This document shows positions 56,978 to 64,000 of a DNA stretch of 64,000 bases, piece by piece (within the stretch, counting starts at the first letter, position 1; each line of letters begins with the position of its first letter). The position numbers and the translations under genes are program-made. Source of the stretch: Patescibacteria group bacterium (GTDB lineage: Bacteria > Patescibacteriota > Minisyncoccia > UBA6257 > GWB1-50-10). The notes under the pieces were generated by a model. It was given only the letters and a program-made list of their open reading frames with translations. It did no database searches and was not told where the DNA came from. The stretch is taken from positions 5,748-69,747 of the forward strand of contig JBFLWN010000006.1 of the NCBI GenBank assembly GCA_040757555.1, given 5' to 3'.

Positions 56978-58360
56978 CTACGACTTATACAACCGTTCCT
57001 TTATAAGCATTATTTTTTGATTAAATTGCTGATTTTTATTTATTTCTTTTTCTATTTTTTCACACGCATGAATTGCAGTCGTATGATCCCTTTTTCCCAA
57101 CTTTTCCCCAATGTGGGGATACGAGAGTTTCAATATATCCCTCAAAAGATACATTGCAATTTGACGGGGTTCCACCACTTCTTTTTTTCTACTTCGATCA
57201 GTAAGTTCTGCCTGAGAAACCTCAAAAAAGTCCGCAACCGCCTTAATAATTTCTTGAACAGTGAGGTTTTTTGATGTGGTTTGGGTTGTTTCGTTTATGA
57301 TTTCATCGAGTTTTTTTCCATCAATTCCATCCTTGTGTTGAATATAAAACACCACCTTATTTAATACCCCCTCCAATTCCCTGATGTTTTTTTGTACTTT
57401 TGAGGCAATGTGTTCAAGCACCTTATCTTCAACAACAATTCCTTTTCTTTGTGTTTTTGTTTTTAAAATTGCCAAACGCATCTCATAATCCGGATAACTA
57501 ATATCAGCAATCATTCCCCCCTCAAATCTCGAGCGTAGGCGCTCTTCAAGTGTCGGAATTGCAGAGGGCGGTCTATCAGAAGAGATAATAATTTGTTTGT
57601 TGTTTTCATAAAGTGCATTGAATGTATGAAAAAATTCTTGTTCGGTTGCGGCTTTCCCACCAATAAACTGAATGTCGTCGATAATAAGGACATCCACGTC
57701 TCTATATTTCTTTTTCATATCATCAATTCTTTTATTTCGAATACCAGAAACAACATCATTCAAAAATTTTTCTGAAGTTACGTACAGCACCGCAATATTT
57801 TTTTGATATTGTTTTATAATTTCATTTCCCACCCCTTGAATAAGATGAGTTTTTCCGAGTCCAACACCCCCATACACGAAAAGAGGATTATATTTTTTCC
57901 CAATATCTTTTATTACTGCTTGCATCGCTGCGTATGCAAGTTCGTTTGATGAGCCAACAATAAACGAATCAAGTGTATATCGTGGATTTAAGTTTGTTTT
58001 AGGATCAATTTTAAGTTCAAGGGGAAGTTGAAAATTTGATTCATTTTTTTCTTCATTTACCCCCTTTTTTGTTTGTGTTGCAAAAGAATTCGTCCCGCTA
58101 TTTGTTGTTTGGTGGGATACAGAGTAATCAATGTTTTTTATTGAGGGATCAAAATTTCGAAGTGATCCGAGAATGATTTTGTGATAGCGGTTTTTTACCC
58201 ACTCTTTCGCAAAGTTGTTTGGAAGACTTACGAGCGCCACCCCATCTCGTTCATTCTTTCCAATAAGCTGACTTTGTTTTAACCACGTAAGAAAATTTGG
58301 TCGCGAAATTTGCAATTCTATTTCTCCCAACACAGCCCTCCAAAGTTCTTGTGATTCCAT
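56978..58360 (-). CDS. dnaA: Chromosomal replication initiator DnaA
   Basis: YNPLFVYGGVGLGKTHL, IDDIQF, RLRSRF, NIRELEG, RDHTT. Confidence 0.98.
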   Translation of the reverse strand: MESQELWRAVLGEIELQISRPNFLTWLKQSQLIGKNERDGVALVSLPNNFAKEWVKNRYHKIILGSLRNFDPSIKNIDYSVSHQTTNSGTNSFATQTKKGVNEEKNESNFQLPLELKIDPKTNLNPRYTLDSFIVGSSNELAYAAMQAVIKDIGKKYNPLFVYGGVGLGKTHLIQGVGNEIIKQYQKNIAVLYVTSEKFLNDVVSGIRNKRIDDMKKKYRDVDVLIIDDIQFIGGKAATEQEFFHTFNALYENNKQIIISSDRPPSAIPTLEERLRSRFEGGMIADISYPDYEMRLAILKTKTQRKGIVVEDKVLEHIASKVQKNIRELEGVLNKVVFYIQHKDGIDGKKLDEIINETTQTTSKNLTVQEIIKAVADFFEVSQAELTDRSRKKEVVEPRQIAMYLLRDILKLSYPHIGEKLGKRDHTTAIHACEKIEKEINKNQQFNQKIMLIKERLYKS

Positions 58361-58502
58361 GATCTTTATAATAGATACATTCTATAACGTTTCAATATTG
58401 ATTCATATTTTTTTTTGTGCTTTAATTGTTCATAAGGTGTGGAAAGAGGTTTTGTCGTAAATCACACAACCATATCGTCGCGACACATAAAGACAAAGAA
58501 TT

Positions 58503-58637
58503 ATGAGTAGGACATATCAACCAAAAAAGAAGAAAAGAGCCAGAACACACGGGTTTTTGAAGAGATCGAAGACCCCAGGGGGAAGAAATGTACTGAAAAG
58601 AAGGAGGGCCCGAGGAAGAAAGAAGCTTTCAGTATAG
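58503..58637 (+). CDS. rpmH: 50S ribosomal protein L34 (44 aa, not in track)
   Basis: [44 protein letters not shown]. Confidence 0.97.
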   Translation: MSRTYQPKKKKRARTHGFLKRSKTPGGRNVLKRRRARGRKKLSV

Positions 58638-58640
58638 ACA

Positions 58641-58886
58641 ATGAGTTTTTTTATTGTAAAAAAGAACAAGAGCGGGTCACAAAAAAAACCGCTCTTTATT
58701 GTTATCCGAGCGGCAGATATACAAACCGCAGTGAAAAGGAATGTGTTAAAGAGACAAATACGCACAATTGTCCAGAGAAATAAAAAAAACACAACATCCG
58801 GATATGATTACAAAATAATTGTAAAAAAAGGAGGAGACATGCTATCATTTGAACAAATTAAGAGAGAGATTGAACCATATTTGTAA
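58641..58886 (+). CDS. rnpA: Ribonuclease P protein component (short, divergent)
   Basis: AVKRNVLKRQIR motif; lies between rpmH and yidC. Confidence 0.82.
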   Translation: MSFFIVKKNKSGSQKKPLFIVIRAADIQTAVKRNVLKRQIRTIVQRNKKNTTSGYDYKIIVKKGGDMLSFEQIKREIEPYL

Positions 58887-58900
58887 CTATTATTAATTTT

Positions 58901-59572
58901 ATGAGCGGAATTTTCCATACATACCTTTATTCTCCAATTTTGTGGGTTTTTATATTTATTTATGAGAACCTTGCATTTAAAGATATTGGGTTTTCAATTT
59001 TTATTCTCACCGTGCTCGTGCGTGTGGTGCTTTTTCCAATTTTTTATAAAAGCGCAAAGGACCAGTCGCTCATGCAAAGAATTCAGCCGAAGTTAAAAAA
59101 AATTCAGACCGATCACAAAGACAACAAAGAAGAACAAGCGCGGCAAATGATGAATTTGTACAAAGAAAACAAACTAAATCCTTTTTCTGGATTTCTTTTG
59201 TTACTCATACAACTTCCTGTTTTTATTGTGCTGTTTCAAATTTTTACCAGAGAACTTTCGACATCGGTGTTTGACAATCAACTATTTTTAGGCTTAATTA
59301 ACCTAGGAGAGAAGAGTATTATTATCGCGATTATTGCCGCTGGATTGCAATACTTACAAAGCAAATTACTTCTTCCCCCATCTTCAAAGGAAAACAAAGA
59401 TGAAGATACAATGGCGCGCGTTGGGAAAACGATGGTAGTGGTAGGGCCGGTACTTACGTTTTTTATATTAATGAATCTTCCATCGGCACTCGGATTTTAT
59501 TGGGTGATTTCATCACTTTTCTCTATCGCACAACAGGTTTATATTAATAAGAAAATACCAAAAGAATTGTAA
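58901..59572 (+). CDS. yidC: Membrane protein insertase YidC (short form)
   Basis: LTVLVRVVLFP, IQPKLKKIQ, LYKENKLNP, IQLPVF, YWVISSLFSIAQQ. Confidence 0.95.
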   Translation: MSGIFHTYLYSPILWVFIFIYENLAFKDIGFSIFILTVLVRVVLFPIFYKSAKDQSLMQRIQPKLKKIQTDHKDNKEEQARQMMNLYKENKLNPFSGFLLLLIQLPVFIVLFQIFTRELSTSVFDNQLFLGLINLGEKSIIIAIIAAGLQYLQSKLLLPPSSKENKDEDTMARVGKTMVVVGPVLTFFILMNLPSALGFYWVISSLFSIAQQVYINKKIPKEL

Positions 59573-59577
59573 TATAT

Positions 59578-60006
59578 ATGGACAACATACTTGAATCAAT
59601 AAAAATTATCGTGGAAAAAATGGGATTTCCCGGTGCGGAAATATCATTTGATCAGGAACACAGAAAAATGTCTTTAGTGATAGACGAAAAACTCATACAC
59701 GAAAACATCGGTATGTTTTTACCCGCACTCGACCATCTTTTTGGTCTCGTGTTTAGAAAACACGAACAAGCACCATTTGTGCTTGATGTGAACTATTATC
59801 GGAGGGAGAGAGAGCGGTTAATTGCCGAACTCGCACGAGCATCCGCAAAGAAAGCAATGGTAACAAAAACAGACATCGAGTTGCCTCCAATGAATGGATA
59901 TGAACGAAGGTTGGTACACATGGAAATCACCACCCACCCAGAATTAAGAACAGAAAGTGTTGGGGAAGGAAAAGAACGAAGGGTGGTAATAAAACACATT
60001 GAATAA
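59578..60006 (+). CDS. Jag/KhpB-like R3H-domain protein (short)
   Basis: LDVNYYR, LPPMNGYERRLVH, TESVGEGKERRVVI; follows yidC. Confidence 0.88.
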   Translation: MDNILESIKIIVEKMGFPGAEISFDQEHRKMSLVIDEKLIHENIGMFLPALDHLFGLVFRKHEQAPFVLDVNYYRRERERLIAELARASAKKAMVTKTDIELPPMNGYERRLVHMEITTHPELRTESVGEGKERRVVIKHIE

Positions 60007-60034
60007 AAAATCCCGATATATATCGGGATTTTTT
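60005..60034. terminator. Bidirectional terminator; palindrome family copy 4
   Basis: AAAAAATCCCGATATATATCGGGATTTTTT. Confidence 0.8.
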
Positions 60035-60038
60035 ATTG

Positions 60039-61241
60039 TTAAATTTCTTTTGATATATCAATTCGATAGAGGGTGTTATCAAATCGGTTTTTGAAATATA
60101 TATAATTCTCAAAAAACATTACCCCCGTCGCATCGGTTTTATAGGTGATAGCGGCAGATGCGCTTAACACCCCAATTTCTTTTGTTGAAAGATTAAATTT
60201 CATAAGTGTGTCGGTGGTAAATATTTTTCTTTGTTGATATGAATCGAAAAAACCAATATAGTCATTTTGTTCTTGCGGAACAAAACAATAGGTAGTGCTC
60301 GCAAATAAATCACACTTATCGGGGATTGTGAAAAAATCCACATAGGTTGTTGTTTTTAGTGAGTTGGTGATAAAACCAAGTTGTTTTTTTGACGGGATAG
60401 AGAAAAATATATTCTTTTTGTCTTTTGAAAAACCGGGTGTCCCTCCCCGTTCCGTTTGGACAACAAGTGATAGACTTTGATCTTTCTGATTGAATTCCCA
60501 CACCCTTGAAGGATAAAAACTACTTGATCTTTCAGAAAATAATATTCTGTCAGTCGGCACAACCGAAAGGAAAACATCGTTTAAAACAAAATCTTTTAAC
60601 AGTGTTTTGTATGTTGGTTGAGCCTTTTCAATATTTATTTCCACCAAATCTTTTTTCCCCGAGTTTTTGACTATTCCAAAAAGTTTTTTTTCCGAACCCC
60701 CCCACACCACACTTACCAAATCAGAAGAGAGGGGTTTCCATGTTTTATCAACTACATTAAATATTCCGGTTTGAAGATTGTTTTTTTCCCCGAATGATGC
60801 AAGTATTTTTTCTCCTGTTTGATTCGGAAGAAGCGCATATATTGTTCCTACGGCTTGTGGCGATATTTTTTGATCATCTTCTGTTTTTGCGAGATAGACA
60901 TCTCCATCGGAATTGGTATAGAAAATCTCGTTTGTCTTTTTATTTACCCAAAAATATCCAATTTCTTGGTCTGATAATTTTTCAAGTATTGGAAGAGTGT
61001 CTCCTTGTATTTCAGATGGTGACCCCTCGGTGTTTTCACTGCCAGCGCCCTCGGGAACATCTCCGTTGTTTGTGTTTGTAACAATATTTTCACTACCACC
61101 CGGAAGAGTGTTTATTTTTGTGTTATCTATTGATACGTCTTCAATTGGTGTTCCAAAGACGACCTTCCAAGCAAAATACAATCCTGCAATACAAACAATT
61201 CCAATAAGGGTAAGAACAATTATTTTTTTTGTTTTACTCAT
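60039..61241 (-). CDS. Membrane-anchored protein, probable beta-propeller
   Basis: N-terminal TM, low-complexity linker, repeated short beta-strand blades. Confidence 0.7.
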   Translation of the reverse strand: MSKTKKIIVLTLIGIVCIAGLYFAWKVVFGTPIEDVSIDNTKINTLPGGSENIVTNTNNGDVPEGAGSENTEGSPSEIQGDTLPILEKLSDQEIGYFWVNKKTNEIFYTNSDGDVYLAKTEDDQKISPQAVGTIYALLPNQTGEKILASFGEKNNLQTGIFNVVDKTWKPLSSDLVSVVWGGSEKKLFGIVKNSGKKDLVEINIEKAQPTYKTLLKDFVLNDVFLSVVPTDRILFSERSSSFYPSRVWEFNQKDQSLSLVVQTERGGTPGFSKDKKNIFFSIPSKKQLGFITNSLKTTTYVDFFTIPDKCDLFASTTYCFVPQEQNDYIGFFDSYQQRKIFTTDTLMKFNLSTKEIGVLSASAAITYKTDATGVMFFENYIYFKNRFDNTLYRIDISKEI

Positions 61242-61244
61242 AAA

Positions 61245-62486
61245 TTATTTAAAATTAACATGTATATGTTCTACTTGTTCGTAATAATTACCACAATCTT
61301 TTGCGTACGAGCGATTTTGATATGTGGTGCATATTTTTGATATATTCGAGTTGTTATTTTTCAAATAATTCAAAAGTTGTGTGTTTGTTGATAAATCAAC
61401 AACTGGTTTGTCAGCCCCATGTGTTGCGTGTCCATTCTCTGCCCCCCCCGTTATTGTAACGTCACACGCACACGATTTTTTTATATTTATCACCGCATCG
61501 ATTGTTGAAGCCGGAAGGAGTCCGACGTTTGTGCACTTAGGATTAAATGGATCTGCACAATTTCCAGAACTACTCACACGCACTCCATTCAAAGCAAGTT
61601 TTTCAACTGCTTTTTTTTCTGCGGCATCCATACCAGTGGTATATGAAGTTTTTGTGTACTTACAATTCCCATCAAATCGGTTAATGATACAACATGTTTG
61701 ATTATGGTCCTTGTCCCATCCCCACCCATCATCATTACACTCTGCTTCGCCCCCATTTTGCTCTATTGCGAGGCAACAACTTATCCCATCTATATTTGGG
61801 TCGCTGGATGCTGCTTTTCGGCACTCTTCTTTTGAATCTTTATAACAATATCCCCACTCTGTTTTTGTGACTGGCTTATCTTCTGTTGAATATTTACATT
61901 CGCCAATAATTTTGTCTTTCAAACAACAACTTTTTTTACTTGCGTTGTCATATCCCCATCCGTCGGTTTGACATCGCGCTTGCCCCCCATTTACATCAAC
62001 CGCGACACAACAACTATCTTTTTTTTGTTCATCCCACTCCCAGACCTTTTCTGTAAGGACTTGAGAATTGCTAATAAATTGTGGACCCTGTGGTTCTCGA
62101 ATTGCAATAAGTTGCGGGTTTATTGTATTTAAAATGACATATGCACCAAAAAGCAGACCAAGCCCCCAGAGCGCAGAAAAAATCATATCCTTCCCCTCAT
62201 TTTGTTTATCAGGACTTCCCCCGGAAACCGTATATAATATTCCTCCTGCCACCATCATTCCAACAGCCAATATTCCCGATATACCAATTGCGAATTGATA
62301 AAGTCTTCGGATGTAATTGGGAATACTTGCGGTTGTGTCAGCAGAAGCACAATCAGTGTATCCGAGAACTTGTGTGCCAAAACTGGTACAAGGGAATTTA
62401 TAATCTATTATTGCCGCGTGTACAGTGAAACTAAACAAAAAGAACAAAACAAGAAAAAAGACTATTTTTAAATTTGATTTTGCCAT
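61245..62486 (-). CDS. VirB2/TrbC-like pilin domain fused to Cys-rich repeats and an M15-like Zn peptidase domain
   Basis: Signal peptide VHA-A; pilin-like TM hairpin ending ILNTINPQL; duplicated Cys module; HATHG...VDL and HIHV. Confidence 0.65.
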   Translation of the reverse strand: MAKSNLKIVFFLVLFFLFSFTVHAAIIDYKFPCTSFGTQVLGYTDCASADTTASIPNYIRRLYQFAIGISGILAVGMMVAGGILYTVSGGSPDKQNEGKDMIFSALWGLGLLFGAYVILNTINPQLIAIREPQGPQFISNSQVLTEKVWEWDEQKKDSCCVAVDVNGGQARCQTDGWGYDNASKKSCCLKDKIIGECKYSTEDKPVTKTEWGYCYKDSKEECRKAASSDPNIDGISCCLAIEQNGGEAECNDDGWGWDKDHNQTCCIINRFDGNCKYTKTSYTTGMDAAEKKAVEKLALNGVRVSSSGNCADPFNPKCTNVGLLPASTIDAVINIKKSCACDVTITGGAENGHATHGADKPVVDLSTNTQLLNYLKNNNSNISKICTTYQNRSYAKDCGNYYEQVEHIHVNFK

Positions 62487-62488
62487 AA

Positions 62489-63160
62489 TTATTGTATAAA
62501 AAGATTTATTTTTTCTTTCGCAGACTCGAGTCCATTTTTTACATTTTGAACAAACGCCTCAATCACCATATTTTTTTGATCCGGTGTTTTTGGGGAACCA
62601 ATATTTAGTGTAAGAAGGGTGTCGCGCGTCTCGTTTTGTTTTTCCCCATTAATTCGCCACAAAGAAGTGATTTCAGATGGAGAAGAGATATTGAAAAAAA
62701 ACGGAACAACCAAAAAAGTAACCCTTTCTCCCGAGGCAACAAGCCCTCTCGGATATTTATTTTCAATTGTTATTATTGGGTTAAAAACAGGAACAGAAAC
62801 AAGATTTTCATATTTATTTGTTTTTGTTTGGACAACAACACGCACAGAATGAGAACTCCTTCCGATTTTTGTTATAGGAAACGAGAACTCTTTTAATCCA
62901 ACACCCTTATTAGAAAACACACCATCGAGGAACCATGATATCTCAGCTTGAGAAATGTTTTGTATTTTTTTATTTATAAGAAGTTCCACAGAGACTGCGA
63001 TTATATTACCATTGGTTGGGAGTGGCTTTGCTTCAAAGTCTGCCGAAGTATAGTTGTCCGCGTGCCACGTGACGAGGAGGTTGTTTTCTGTTTGTCCAAA
63101 AACATTCGAGAAAACAAAAAAGAAGGAGAGGAATAAAACAAATAAAACTTTTACACTCAT
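62489..63160 (-). CDS. Hypothetical exported protein (two Ig-like halves)
   Basis: Signal peptide; ISWFLDG and SLWRING strands. Confidence 0.7.
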   Translation of the reverse strand: MSVKVLFVLFLSFFFVFSNVFGQTENNLLVTWHADNYTSADFEAKPLPTNGNIIAVSVELLINKKIQNISQAEISWFLDGVFSNKGVGLKEFSFPITKIGRSSHSVRVVVQTKTNKYENLVSVPVFNPIITIENKYPRGLVASGERVTFLVVPFFFNISSPSEITSLWRINGEKQNETRDTLLTLNIGSPKTPDQKNMVIEAFVQNVKNGLESAKEKINLFIQ

Positions 63161-63182
63161 ATTTTCTATTATACAACAAAAA

Positions 63183-63614
63183 CTACTTTTTTATCGCTGA
63201 GCCAATTTTTCCACTCGCGACAGAGGCAATTTTTTGTGCTTTTGGGTTGTTTTCTATAAAAACAATAAGAAACCAAGCCGAAATTGCAAAAGGAAACATA
63301 CCTAGAATTGGAAATGAATTCATCATGTTTCCCCCAAGGCTTGATACCCACGTCCACACCCCACGAGCACCCTTCATAAAAATATAGAGTTGAAAAAACG
63401 CACCAACAGTAAGACTTATTGCACTTCCAATAAAAGAGGACACTTGCCCAAGAATGGGTATGGGGAACATAAGGTTTGCAAAAAAATCGATTAATTCTAC
63501 AAAAAAAAGAATGAGGGTTACTAGGATAAACTCTCCTGTTCCAAACATCTTTTTTCTTTCCCCGGTGTTTATCTCGGGTGTCTTTTTTTCTCCCCCTTTT
63601 ATTTCTTTTGGCAT
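63183..63614 (-). CDS. Hypothetical membrane protein of the VirB4 cluster
   Basis: 143 aa, 3-4 hydrophobic segments. Confidence 0.7.
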   Translation of the reverse strand: MPKEIKGGEKKTPEINTGERKKMFGTGEFILVTLILFFVELIDFFANLMFPIPILGQVSSFIGSAISLTVGAFFQLYIFMKGARGVWTWVSSLGGNMMNSFPILGMFPFAISAWFLIVFIENNPKAQKIASVASGKIGSAIKK

Positions 63615-63617
63615 ATA

Positions 63618-64000
63618 TTACGACAACAATCCTTTTGTTTGTAGCACTTGTTCGGGGTTTGTAGTGATTATTTGGTCTTCAGTGTATGACGCAATGATTT
63701 TTATTGCTACATGTTTTAGTCCCGCAAAAAAGAGTCCTTCTCCTACCCCCGCCTCAAGAAGAAGTGATTGTTCGCCACTGGTTAAATCAAATGCTTGTGT
63801 TACCGCATCAATACTTGATGGAGACTGTTTTAAGAGTAGTTGTATTGAGGAATTAGTGACGATTGGTTTTCCATATTCTGATTTTAGGAAGTCCTCAACA
63901 TCTTGGGTTATGGTAGTAACCCCCAAATAATATTTCCTGGCGCGTTTTACCAACCCAAACAAAAATGACGCACTGTCTTTATATTTCATCATCCACCACG
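63618..64000 (-). CDS. VirB4/TraC-like ATPase, C-terminal part (continues beyond the window)
   Basis: KRARKYYLGVTTITQDVEDF, NSSIQLLLKQ, GEGLFFAG. Confidence 0.88.
   Translation of the reverse strand, partial: WWMMKYKDSASFLFGLVKRARKYYLGVTTITQDVEDFLKSEYGKPIVTNSSIQLLLKQSPSSIDAVTQAFDLTSGEQSLLLEAGVGEGLFFAGLKHVAIKIIASYTEDQIITTNPEQVLQTKGLLS

Noticed and set aside
1-64000. CRISPR array, IS element or prophage
   Set aside because: No regularly spaced direct repeats, and no cas, transposase, integrase or phage structural ORFs were recognised.

Overview
AT-rich bacterial chromosome segment read in genetic code 11. Gene content suggests a Patescibacteria/CPR (Parcubacteria-like) genome; this is inference, not a database result. 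The window holds the replication origin region (dnaN-oriC-dnaA, divergent from rpmH-rnpA-yidC-jag) and many housekeeping genes: cca, recG, HU, rny, gpmI, secG, rnj, trpS, ileS, argS, smpB with tmRNA, infC-rpmI-rplT, murB, ruvA/B/C, rpsT, holA, pilB, tsaE, polA and a class A PBP. It also has seven tRNA genes and the end of a VirB4/pilin-like cluster. No CRISPR array, transposase, integrase or reverse transcriptase is visible. The most unusual items are: (1) a ~170-nt structured RNA candidate with its own promoter, ahead of a small gene resembling a DGR variable protein, next to pilB; (2) a variable region after tmRNA with Zn-finger, UDG-fold and Nmad-like genes; (3) a membrane-anchored Clp-type ATPase with a dead first Walker B and no aromatic pore loops; (4) IleRS with an inserted histidine phosphatase; (5) a pilin fused to Cys repeats and an M15-like peptidase; (6) a tRNA-Arg overlapping both neighbouring genes; (7) many apparently leaderless core genes; (8) a leader hairpin motif shared by HU and an unannotated acidic micro-ORF. 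Family assignments come from motif recognition by eye.
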